A DNA stretch of 64,000 nucleotides from Alphaproteobacteria bacterium (GTDB lineage: Bacteria > Pseudomonadota > Alphaproteobacteria > Rs-D84): assembly GCA_031549365.1 (NCBI GenBank), contig JAVBPX010000004.1:46627-110626 (forward strand). The letters run 5' to 3'. Positions 1 through 8,465 of the stretch are shown piece by piece (within the stretch, counting starts at the first letter, position 1; every line of letters begins with the position of its first letter). The translations under genes were made by a program, and so were the position numbers. The notes under the pieces are model-generated. The model searched no databases and had not been told where the DNA came from. It saw nothing but the letters and a program-made list of their open reading frames with translations.

Positions 1-597
1 AACGGCAAAGACATTCATACCATGACCGCACATCAAATTTTTAATGTCCCAGAATCCGATGTAACATCCGATCAACGACGCGTTGCAAAAACAGTTAATT
101 TTTCAATTGTATATGGTATATCTGCGTTTGGATTGGCTTCGCAATTAAAAATCGAACGCCATGCCGCACAACAGTTAATAGATTCGTATTTTACCGCATT
201 TCCTGAAATAAAAATATACATGGATAAAATAAAGGATTTCGCACGTGAACACGCATACGTAATGACACCATGGGGACGAAAAATTGTTTTGAATGACATG
301 AAAAACTCGCGCACACGCGCGTATGGATTACGCGCTGCGATTAACGCCCCGATTCAGGGGTTCGAGGCTGATTTAATGCGCCTAGCATTATGCAAAACAG
401 AATCTGAATTAAAAAAATCATATCCAAACGCAAAACTTTTAATGCAAGTCCACGACGAAATGGTTTTCGAAGCACCGAACCAAGACGCTGAATCTGTTGC
501 AAAAATCATTCGCGACACAATGGAACACATCGCGGAATTATCGATTCCATTGGTTGCCGAAACCGGCATCGGGCCCGACTGGAATTCAATTAAATAA
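1..597 (+). CDS. polA: DNA polymerase I, C-terminal part (5'-truncated by window edge)
   Basis: Family A motifs RRVAKTVNFSIVYG, AINAPIQG and LLMQVHDE. Confidence 0.97.
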   Translation, partial: NGKDIHTMTAHQIFNVPESDVTSDQRRVAKTVNFSIVYGISAFGLASQLKIERHAAQQLIDSYFTAFPEIKIYMDKIKDFAREHAYVMTPWGRKIVLNDMKNSRTRAYGLRAAINAPIQGFEADLMRLALCKTESELKKSYPNAKLLMQVHDEMVFEAPNQDAESVAKIIRDTMEHIAELSIPLVAETGIGPDWNSIK

Positions 598-608
598 AGG
601 AGACAAAA

Positions 609-1184
609 ATGGTAAAACCAATTGAACCAAAAAAAATTCCAAATCCTGTAACACACCAGTTTAAACTGGAATACGCACGCCAGGCCCCAGGATTATTATT
701 CGAATCTCTGTTATGTATTGTGGCTGCCCTATTCCTATTCTTTTACCCTATGGAAACATTGCAAACCCTGACATTAATTTTTGGCATTGGAATTGGATTA
801 ATCGGAATTTATACGGCATTGACTGGATTAACCCGCAAATCCATGTGGGGCGTTTTAATGGGCGCAATATATGCGGCCATCGGATTTATGTTCGTATCAA
901 ACCCTGCGACATCATTTATAACGTTAGTATACATTTTCGCAGCATTATTTTTCATACGATCGTTTTTTTCGATTATGCTTGCAATTCAAATGATACAAAT
1001 GCGCGTTGGTCATTATATAATCAGCTTTGTTATGTCGTTAATTTCAATGGCCTTGGCAATATTTTTATTGTTTCACCCATCATACGGCGCAATAACATTG
1101 GTTTATTATATCGGCATCACATTGCTGTTTAACGCATTTAATAATCTGTATGTATTTTTTCAATTACGAAAGCTATCAAAATAA
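609..1184 (+). CDS. HdeD/DUF308-like membrane protein
   Basis: About 6 hydrophobic helices in two repeated units, each with an F..P turn. Confidence 0.65.
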   Translation: MVKPIEPKKIPNPVTHQFKLEYARQAPGLLFESLLCIVAALFLFFYPMETLQTLTLIFGIGIGLIGIYTALTGLTRKSMWGVLMGAIYAAIGFMFVSNPATSFITLVYIFAALFFIRSFFSIMLAIQMIQMRVGHYIISFVMSLISMALAIFLLFHPSYGAITLVYYIGITLLFNAFNNLYVFFQLRKLSK

Positions 1185-1208
1185 AAAATGCCCATTTGGG
1201 CATTTTTT
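1183..1208. terminator. Bidirectional intrinsic terminator
   Basis: AAAAAATGCCCA-TT-TGGGCATTTTTT hairpin between convergent units. Confidence 0.8.
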
Positions 1209-1215
1209 AATATTA

Positions 1216-1405
1216 ATTATTATGGTGGGTCGGCAGACGGGGGAATGGGGGCGTCCCCCATTAGTGTTTTGGAATAATTTATTGTTTCAAAACATGTACA
1301 AACAATTAATAATTGTTTGCCGTAATAATGCACTACGCATTATTACAGTTCATGCCAAGGCCTACCTGATAATAAAAATACCCCAAAGGGGCATTTTTAT
1401 TATTA
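1216..1405 (-). mobile_element. tRNA-linked hairpin-rich miniature element with duplicated tRNA 3' end
   Basis: 21-bp direct repeat ATTATTATGGTGGGTCGGCAG at 1216-1236 and 1399-1419, with four hairpins and a terminator between the copies. Confidence 0.65.
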
Positions 1406-1482
1406 TGGTGGGTCGGCAGGGACTCGAACCCCGGACCAAAGCGTTATGAGCGCTCCGCTCTAACCAACTGAGCTACCGACCC
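1406..1482 (-). tRNA. tRNA with CAT anticodon, probably tRNA-Ile2 (lysidine type)
   Basis: Minus strand GGGTCGG...GAGCG-CTCATAA-CGCTT...GGTTCGAGTCC...CCGACCC-A-CCA forms a 77-nt cloverleaf; the GGG start and CGCTCATAACG arm resemble Ile2 rather than Met. Confidence 0.93.
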
Positions 1483-1562
1483 CGTGGGCAGTATTCTACA
1501 CATATTTGCCAATATTTCAAGTATAAAATATTGCACCATGCAGAAAACCGCTGGTCTTAGAA

Positions 1563-1602
1563 TTATGAGCGCTCCGCGACTGACCAACCGAGCCACCAAC
1601 CC
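1563..1602 (-). pseudogene. Degenerate copy of the 5' half of the adjacent tRNA(CAT)
   Basis: TTATGAGCGCTCCGCgacTgACCAACcGAGCcACCaACCC aligns to 1444-1482; no T-arm or CCA. Confidence 0.8.
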
Positions 1603-1690
1603 GGATATAAACAACAACGGTGTTATACGGATTAATTATTAAAATTCAATAAAAATATGATATAATGATCATCAATCATAGGTCGAGAAA

Positions 1691-2266
1691 ATGAAAAACA
1701 TTGTAATCATAAATGGACATCCAGATATCATGTCATTTTGCCATGCATTAACTGAATCATATGCAAACGGCGCGCATCAGGCAAAAAATAACGTTATAAC
1801 ATTTCATTTGCACCAATTAAAATTTGATCCAATATTACACAACGGATATCGAACAATTCAAGAATTGGAACCAGATTTGATTTTGGTTCAAAACGCAATC
1901 AAATCCGCGGATCATGTTGTATTTGTTTATCCAAATTGGTGGGGAACATACCCTGCTTTGTTAAAGGGATTTTTTGATCGCGCTTGGTTGTCCGGATTCG
2001 GATTTAAATACGTTCCCGGGAAAATGTTACCAAATAAATTATTAACTGGAAAAACAGCCCGTATAATCATGACCATGAATACACCAAAGTGGTATTACCG
2101 TTGGTTTTATGGCCGACCCGGGATAAAATCGGTTCGTGATACCATATTGGCTTTTTCCGGCATTGGCCCAACCAAAATAACGCAAATCGGCATGATCAAA
2201 GGTTCGGATGACAAAACGCGCGCCGAATGGTTGAAAATGGTTGAAAAATTGGGCTATACGGATTGA
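1691..2266 (+). CDS. Flavodoxin-fold NAD(P)H-dependent (quinone) oxidoreductase
   Basis: IINGHP..SF, YPNWWGTYPALLKGFFDR and LLTGKTA motifs. Confidence 0.92.
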   Translation: MKNIVIINGHPDIMSFCHALTESYANGAHQAKNNVITFHLHQLKFDPILHNGYRTIQELEPDLILVQNAIKSADHVVFVYPNWWGTYPALLKGFFDRAWLSGFGFKYVPGKMLPNKLLTGKTARIIMTMNTPKWYYRWFYGRPGIKSVRDTILAFSGIGPTKITQIGMIKGSDDKTRAEWLKMVEKLGYTD

Positions 2267-2706
2267 CCTTCGATTTTTAATAATTTTTTCTTCATGTTTA
2301 AACCATATGCGTATCCACCCATATCACCGCCAATTCGAACAACACGATGACATGGAATAAATATAGCAATTGGATTTGCACCAATGGCGGAACCCGTTGC
2401 ACGCACTGCATTTGGACGGCCAACCGCCCGCGCAATGTCTGAATATGTTCGCAATTCTCCGTATGGAATTTCACAGAGCGCTTTCCAAACGTCCATTTGA
2501 AATTCTGTGCCGTGCGGTTCCAAATTCAAAGTTGAAAAATCAACAACACGCCCTGCAAAATAATTGTTCAATAAATCAACGAACGATCCGTGGTCCAAGC
2601 AAATTGAATGTTCGATCGAATTTACCATCTTTAACGATCGTATCGCCCCGTTTTCGGTTTGTATCCGACAAATCCCCACTGGTAATACCACATCTGAAAT
2701 TTTCAT
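2254..2706 (-). CDS. ogt: Methylated-DNA-protein-cysteine S-methyltransferase
   Basis: GTEFQMDVW, IPYGE..TY and the active site IPCHRV. Confidence 0.95.
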   Translation of the reverse strand: MKISDVVLPVGICRIQTENGAIRSLKMVNSIEHSICLDHGSFVDLLNNYFAGRVVDFSTLNLEPHGTEFQMDVWKALCEIPYGELRTYSDIARAVGRPNAVRATGSAIGANPIAIFIPCHRVVRIGGDMGGYAYGLNMKKKLLKIEGQSV

Positions 2707-3269
2707 TTTTGAACCTCCGCCAATTTATCACGAATTTGTTTTAAATCTTGCCATGCATAACGCTTCATCGAAACATCCCGCAACAAAAAGGATGGGTGAA
2801 AAGTCGGCATTGTTGGAATCCCATTTACATCAACCCAATGCCCCCGTAAACGCATAATACCCGTATTGGTCTGTAAAATCGCCTTGGCCGATGTGCCGCC
2901 CAATAAAACCAATACATCTGGTTTAATTATTTTAATGTGTTCCATTACATACGGCAAAAATAAATTCATTTCATCACGCGTTGGCGTTCGATTGTTTTCC
3001 GGACGCCACGGTAAAATATTTGCAATGTAACAATCGGATTTACGATCCATATTAATCGCAACCAACATTTTGTTTAACAATTGACCGGCAGGACCAACAA
3101 ATGGCAATCCCATTATGTCTTCTTGTTCACCTGGTGCTTCGCCCACCAACATTAATCTGGCATCAATATTACCATCCGAAAAAACAAAATTTTTAGCATT
3201 ATATTTTAATGGCGTTTCAACATCACGCATACGTTTTGATAAATCATTTAAACGTTCTTGCTTGGTCAT
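2703..3269 (-). CDS. Uracil-DNA glycosylase family 4
   Basis: GEAPG..ED..G.PFVGPAGQLL, RPENNRTP and TFHPSFLLR; start set at MTKQ. Confidence 0.93.
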   Translation of the reverse strand: MTKQERLNDLSKRMRDVETPLKYNAKNFVFSDGNIDARLMLVGEAPGEQEDIMGLPFVGPAGQLLNKMLVAINMDRKSDCYIANILPWRPENNRTPTRDEMNLFLPYVMEHIKIIKPDVLVLLGGTSAKAILQTNTGIMRLRGHWVDVNGIPTMPTFHPSFLLRDVSMKRYAWQDLKQIRDKLAEVQK

Positions 3270-3353
3270 ACTTTCATGCTGACATAAAAAATTTGCAAAC
3301 GCAACAAAAACCATGTATACTTAAACCCACGGTTGAACCAAAGGAAAAACATC

Positions 3354-3935
3354 ATGATTGAACAATCACCATTACCATTTGATATAACATCATTGGAACC
3401 ATATATGTCCAAACGCACATTGGAATTCCATTATGGTAAACATCACGCTGCATATATTAAAAAAACAAACGAATTAATTGCTGGAACAGATTTGGAAAAC
3501 GCAACATTGGAAACAATTGTTGTATCAGCCTATAAAAATAAAAACACTGCCTTGTTTAACCAATCGGCCCAGGCTTTGAACCATGAAATTTTCTGGAAAT
3601 CATTGCGCGCAAACGTAAAAATGTCGAACATAGTTAAAACAAAAATCGAATCCGATTTCGGTTCATATGATAAATTTGTCGACGAATTTACAAAATCAGC
3701 AATGGGCCAATTTGGATCTGGCTGGACCTGGTTGATATTGGACGGAAATAAAATGAAGATCGTATCCACATCAAACGCGGAAACCCCAATCGTAAATGGG
3801 TTTAAACCATTGTTGGCATTGGACGTATGGGAACATTCATATTATTTGGATTATCAAAATTTACGTGCGGATTATATAAAAAACTTTCTGACCAATATTG
3901 CCAACTGGGATTATGTGGAAGAAAACATCAAATAA
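3354..3935 (+). CDS. sodB: Fe/Mn superoxide dismutase (likely Fe)
   Basis: HYGKHH, FNQSAQALNH, QFGSGW and DVWEHSYYLDY. Confidence 0.95.
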   Translation: MIEQSPLPFDITSLEPYMSKRTLEFHYGKHHAAYIKKTNELIAGTDLENATLETIVVSAYKNKNTALFNQSAQALNHEIFWKSLRANVKMSNIVKTKIESDFGSYDKFVDEFTKSAMGQFGSGWTWLILDGNKMKIVSTSNAETPIVNGFKPLLALDVWEHSYYLDYQNLRADYIKNFLTNIANWDYVEENIK

Positions 3936-4034
3936 TAATATAAACCCAATCCCGATCTCGGCGGAGTGTAACGCAGACAGATGACATTATGTCGCCGAAA
4001 ATTTGAAGTAATAAAATCAAAATTCGATAAAACA

Positions 4035-4060
4035 AAAAACCACCCAATCGGGTGGTTTTT
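4035..4060. terminator. Bidirectional terminator between sodB and tsf
   Basis: AAAAACCACCC-AATC-GGGTGGTTTTT. Confidence 0.85.
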
Positions 4061-4080
4061 AATAATTAAAAAAGAATTAG

Positions 4081-4962
4081 TTATTGTGCAGCACTTGCGG
4101 AAATTTTCGCAATTTCCTCTGCAAAATCTTCTTCCTTTTTTTCAATTCCATCACCCAATACAAAATATGCAAAGCTGGACAATGTCGCACCGTTATCGGC
4201 CAACAATTGTTTTACTTTCATATCTGGGTTCATAACGAAATCCTGTTCTTCCAGAACAATTTCTTCGTAAAATTTACGAATACGTCCTTCGATCATTTTT
4301 TCAACAATCGATTCTGGTTTGCCGGATTCCAAAGCAGATTGACGAAAGAAATGTTTTTCTTTTTCAACAACTTCGGATGTAACATCGGCAATGCGTGCGA
4401 AATCTGGTTTTGATGCAGCAATGTGCATTGCAATTTTTGAACCGATTTCAGCCAATTTTGCATGATCCGCACCATTTAATCCAACAACAACACCGATTTT
4501 ACCCATACCTGGTGCTTGAACATTGTGAACATATGTGGACACAACATCACCAGACACAACGGCTGTACGACGCAAATTCATGTTTTCACCGATTGTTGCA
4601 ATCAATTGAACAACATCTGCTTGCATTTCATTGGATACTTTTTCAAAATCACCCGAATGGTTCAAAGCAGATTCAGCAGACTTTTGTACCATTGCTTGGA
4701 ATTTGTCATTTTTTGCAACGAAATCAGTTTCAGCATTAACCTCTACCAATACGCCCATACCTGGTTTTGATGCAACAACAACCAACCCAGACGCAGCAAC
4801 GCGGTCGGATTTTTTTGATGCTTTGACCAAACCTTTTTCACGCAACCAATCGGCTGATGCTTCCATATCTCCGCCACATGCTTCCAATGCGGCTTTGCAG
4901 TCCATCATCCCAGCGGATGTTTTTTCGCGCAAATCTTTAATTTTTGCAGGTGTAACAGTCAT
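4081..4962 (-). CDS. tsf: Elongation factor Ts
   Basis: LREKTSAGMMDCK, ETDFVAKN and MHIAASKP; GGAG RBS upstream; follows rpsB. Confidence 0.97.
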   Translation of the reverse strand: MTVTPAKIKDLREKTSAGMMDCKAALEACGGDMEASADWLREKGLVKASKKSDRVAASGLVVVASKPGMGVLVEVNAETDFVAKNDKFQAMVQKSAESALNHSGDFEKVSNEMQADVVQLIATIGENMNLRRTAVVSGDVVSTYVHNVQAPGMGKIGVVVGLNGADHAKLAEIGSKIAMHIAASKPDFARIADVTSEVVEKEKHFFRQSALESGKPESIVEKMIEGRIRKFYEEIVLEEQDFVMNPDMKVKQLLADNGATLSSFAYFVLGDGIEKKEEDFAEEIAKISASAAQ

Positions 4963-4978
4963 AATACACTCCTTTGAC

Positions 4979-5860
4979 TTATTTAGTTTCTTCTTCGGCC
5001 ACTTTTCTTGCTTCTTTTTCAATCAGCTTGTCATGACGTTCGTTTTTTGCTTCGGATTTTTTGGATTTTGTTTTCAATTCTTTTTCTTTGATTTCATCTT
5101 CCAATTCTTCCAATTTGTCGCCAGCAACCAACATATCAGATTCAGCTTTTTTAACATTAGATTGGCCCAAACGTTTTTCAATTCCGGACAATATAGCACC
5201 CGCAGCCAAATCACAATACAATTGAATTGCACGACTGGCGTCGTCATTACCTGGAATTGGGAAATCAATTAATTCTGGATTTGCATTTGAATCGCAAACA
5301 GCAATGATTGGCAAATTCAAAACTTTGGCTTCCTTGATAGCATTGTATTCGCGTGGCACGTCAATAACAACAACAGCTTGTGGTGTACCGTGCATTTCCA
5401 ACACACCGCCAAAAGCATCGCGCAATTTTGCAACTTCGCGCGTCATGTTCAAAACTTCTTTTTTGGTCAAACCCAGAGATTCTGCATCTTCGATTTGTTT
5501 TTCCATTGCTTTTAAACGACGGATTGATTGTGAAATTGTTGACCAGTTTGTCATCATTCCACCCAACCAACGGTTATTTACATAAAATTGTCCGCAACGT
5601 TCCGCAGCATCTTTGACGATTTCACGGGCTTGTGGTTTTGTTGCAACGAACAAAATTTTTCCACCGTTTGCAGCAACTTCTTCCAATTTTTCCATGGCGC
5701 GGTGCATCAAAGGCGCGGTTTTGTTCAAATCCATAATGTGGATTTTATCTTTCACACCAAAAACATATGGTGTCATTTGTGGGTTCCAACGACGAGTATG
5801 ATGTCCAAAATGCACACCTGCTTCGATCAGTTGTTTCATAGTAAATTTTGGTAAAGCCAT
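4979..5860 (-). CDS. rpsB: 30S ribosomal protein S2
   Basis: EAGVHFGH..RRWNP, RWLGGMMTN and PIPGNDDA; Lys/Glu-rich C-tail. Confidence 0.98.
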   Translation of the reverse strand: MALPKFTMKQLIEAGVHFGHHTRRWNPQMTPYVFGVKDKIHIMDLNKTAPLMHRAMEKLEEVAANGGKILFVATKPQAREIVKDAAERCGQFYVNNRWLGGMMTNWSTISQSIRRLKAMEKQIEDAESLGLTKKEVLNMTREVAKLRDAFGGVLEMHGTPQAVVVIDVPREYNAIKEAKVLNLPIIAVCDSNANPELIDFPIPGNDDASRAIQLYCDLAAGAILSGIEKRLGQSNVKKAESDMLVAGDKLEELEDEIKEKELKTKSKKSEAKNERHDKLIEKEARKVAEEETK

Positions 5861-5975
5861 AATAATTCCTTTTTGTTTACCAGTTAGTTCCTCGGCTACA
5901 TAAAAACATCGGAAATTCCGACACCGGATGGTCAATTGGGAACACCCCAAAAACCGATATGTAACCTGTGTATTT
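5861..5975 (-). promoter_or_regulatory. Probable structured rpsB leader (S2 autoregulation)
   Basis: About 110-nt leader containing GGGGTGT, a CCGGTGTCGGAATTTCCGATG hairpin and GAGGAACTAAC next to the RBS; position matches known rpsB leaders. Confidence 0.45.
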
Positions 5976-6147
5976 GTCGAAAAAATCAAATTTTCACGAC
6001 AGTGCGCCCATTATATAACCAAAAACAATGAAAAATCAAGTAAAAACATTAACTTAAAAACATCAACTAATTTGGAAAAAATTGTTGACAAATCAAATAG
6101 AATAGATAACATAATGTACAAACAGCCAAACTAAAAAGGAGCTTAAC

Positions 6148-6465
6148 ATGAAAATAGAAATAAATACATATCAGGCATATAAAAGTGACAATAGCGGTTT
6201 TCCATCAATATCAAAAAGTCATTTTAAAAGACTGAGTACTAATAATGAAACAACCTATGGCTATACCGAAGCACTAGAAATTATTGGACCGTGCTATTTG
6301 GCCACATCTTGGGATGTTGAACAAGAACTGCCAAAAAACAGCAATTTTCCCATACGATATAACAAAATAAAAGATTCAGACTGTTTGGTTTGGATCACAA
6401 TAAATCCCGTTGAATTAAAACCTAACTTTTACTTCGGATTACTAGCAAAAGCAACAAGTCGATAA
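6148..6465 (+). CDS. Hypothetical protein (ORFan)
   Basis: AAGGAG RBS, TTGACA upstream at about 6085, downstream terminator. Confidence 0.7.
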   Translation: MKIEINTYQAYKSDNSGFPSISKSHFKRLSTNNETTYGYTEALEIIGPCYLATSWDVEQELPKNSNFPIRYNKIKDSDCLVWITINPVELKPNFYFGLLAKATSR

Positions 6466-6468
6466 TTT

Positions 6469-6500
6469 AAATAACCCCGAAATTTTTCGGGGTTATTTTT
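6469..6500. terminator. Bidirectional terminator
   Basis: AAATAACCCCGAAA-TT-TTTCGGGGTTATTT. Confidence 0.85.
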
Positions 6501-6502
6501 TA

Positions 6503-6721
6503 TCACAATTCTTCAATTTCAATCAATTTGTCCCGTCCTGTATCACCACGAATAATTTTAATACGCGATTTCGGGACCCCATAATGCTTTGCCAGCAATT
6601 CGGCAACCGCCCTGTTTGCTCTACCATCTTCTGGAACCGTTGTAACATAAACCCGTATCGGATCACCATCAACAATCCGATTTTTCGATGAATTTGGCGT
6701 AACACGAATATTTATTTTCAT
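6503..6721 (-). CDS. DUF167/YggU family protein
   Basis: IRVTPNSS, PEDGRAN and IIRGDTGRDKLI. Confidence 0.9.
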   Translation of the reverse strand: MKINIRVTPNSSKNRIVDGDPIRVYVTTVPEDGRANRAVAELLAKHYGVPKSRIKIIRGDTGRDKLIEIEEL

Positions 6722-8343
6722 CTGCGGGCCACTTGTTTTTTGGCAACCGCTTTTTTCGCATTTGCATTTATTTTTTTAGACATATTTACTGTTTTTTTGT
6801 CGTTCACATTTTTTTTAGCACTTTCCAATTTCGCAGCTTCTATTTTTTGATTATTTAATTTTTCCAACTTGGCAATCTTGGCGCGATACAAATCATTCGG
6901 TGCATATTTTTCAGACAGCGTATAATTTGCCAATGCCATTTTATTATCGTGCATTTTTTCGCACGACAGCCCAGCATTATAATGGGCCATAGCCAAAGCA
7001 TTCTTATCCATCTTAAGAGCATCCAATTTGCGCAAATTACGAACTATCTGGCGACTGTCTTCATAACGTCCCAAACGATATAAAACAAAGCTTAAATCAC
7101 TATATGCTTGGGCATTTTTTGGATCAATGGATATAATATGTTTAAAGATTTCAGACGCAGATTCCAAATCACCCTGATCCACAGCCAACAATGCTTTTTT
7201 GGATAAATAACCAATATTTTTTTCATCATCCGATGATTTTACGCGCTCTGCTATCAAAACACCCGACCCATTCATCGCATCTATATAATTTATTGTTTCT
7301 TTTTCATATTTAGCATCCAACAAAACCCGTCCCGACTGAACGCGAGCCAAAACTTTGTTTGGAATAACCTCTGAAATTTTGGATTTTTTGTTTGTATATT
7401 CATAACATTTTTCCAATTTTTCATAATCAATTTTATAAAAACCATCTTTATCGCGATTATATAAAACTCCGCCACCGTTACTCTTCAAAGTTTTATTAAA
7501 ATCATACATCGCAGCTTGTGGAATATTAACAAATTTTACCCAATCAATTTTACCGATATAACAATATGCTTCAAACGCACGGCGAATTTCCAACCCTGAT
7601 GCACGAACGCCCCCAGCACTTAAAAATCCCGTAAAATGCTTTGCAACTGTTTCCGATTTTGCACCATTCATTAAATCTTTTAACACACTGGTTGGGTGTT
7701 TAATCGGATATCGTTTTAATAATTTTAACATTTCGGCCTTGGTCGCATTTCCAGACCGGTATAATTTTCGAATACGCGCCCAACGTTCATCACGAACGCG
7801 ATTTGGATCAGGGGATTCAAACATCCCTGCCCCACCATTATAAACGAACGAGGCCAACGCCAATGTTTGTTCAGCACTTAATTCAAGATTTGCAACACAG
7901 CAAACATAAAAATACAATGTTAAATATGTTTCAATTTCCAAATGCCATTGAACAATTTCATAACCTTGGTCTGGGTTTTTTAACGACTTGGTCGAAGGCC
8001 CAATAATCCCATCGGGGGAAACCGTACTACCATAACCAATAGTCCATGTCCCGATCGGATTTCCTTTTTTATCATATTTATCGTTATACACATTTGGTTT
8101 GAATTCTTCATGCAAACACAAAAAAGCCAACATATACGGATCCAACTGATGGCATTGCGTAACATACTCATTATATGTTTCAACATTTTTCAATTTTACA
8201 TTTTCGATTGTTTTTTCACGTCTGTTTTCTTTGATATTATCAACTATTTTTTTGGCCCCAATTCCACCCAAAATCACAGCAGGAATCCCCAATAACAGAG
8301 TTGCACGTTTTAATTTCGATTTGATAATAGATTTTTTTGCCAT
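6718..8343 (-). CDS. Membrane-anchored GH24 (phage-type) lysozyme domain plus TPR-repeat protein
   Basis: N-terminal hydrophobic helix; HEEF..VYND...WTIGYG, LASFVYNGG and GLEIRRAFE; C-terminal TPRs (DPKNAQAYSDL, AHYNAGL). Confidence 0.75.
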   Translation of the reverse strand: MAKKSIIKSKLKRATLLLGIPAVILGGIGAKKIVDNIKENRREKTIENVKLKNVETYNEYVTQCHQLDPYMLAFLCLHEEFKPNVYNDKYDKKGNPIGTWTIGYGSTVSPDGIIGPSTKSLKNPDQGYEIVQWHLEIETYLTLYFYVCCVANLELSAEQTLALASFVYNGGAGMFESPDPNRVRDERWARIRKLYRSGNATKAEMLKLLKRYPIKHPTSVLKDLMNGAKSETVAKHFTGFLSAGGVRASGLEIRRAFEAYCYIGKIDWVKFVNIPQAAMYDFNKTLKSNGGGVLYNRDKDGFYKIDYEKLEKCYEYTNKKSKISEVIPNKVLARVQSGRVLLDAKYEKETINYIDAMNGSGVLIAERVKSSDDEKNIGYLSKKALLAVDQGDLESASEIFKHIISIDPKNAQAYSDLSFVLYRLGRYEDSRQIVRNLRKLDALKMDKNALAMAHYNAGLSCEKMHDNKMALANYTLSEKYAPNDLYRAKIAKLEKLNNQKIEAAKLESAKKNVNDKKTVNMSKKINANAKKAVAKKQVARR

Positions 8344-8465
8344 TTTTCACCTACGATAATTTTCCTAAATTTTACCACAAAGTCAACCATTTGTCAAAAA
8401 TTTAAATTATATATTTCATTCATACTCTTGATTTTATACCTAAAAAATGCTATAATACTCGTGCT

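Noticed and set aside
1150-1449. 99-aa ORF, and other short ORFs over intergenic elements (22803-23108, 49217-49399, 21673-22107, 51873-52094)
   Set aside because: They overlap a tRNA, palindromic repeats or leaders and have no protein-like features; they are treated as spurious, like the antisense shadow ORFs inside core genes.
3955-4000. CGGAGTGTAACGCAG resembles a tRNA-Pro 5' end, inside a TCGGCG/CGCCGA stem
   Set aside because: No anticodon arm, T-arm or CCA follows, and it is a single occurrence, so it cannot be supported as a tRNA or repeat.
6718-8343. Prophage suggested by the lysozyme, together with the LrgA holin-like gene at 48738
   Set aside because: No structural, terminase or integrase genes are present; CidA/LrgB pairs are common host genes and lie 40 kb away.
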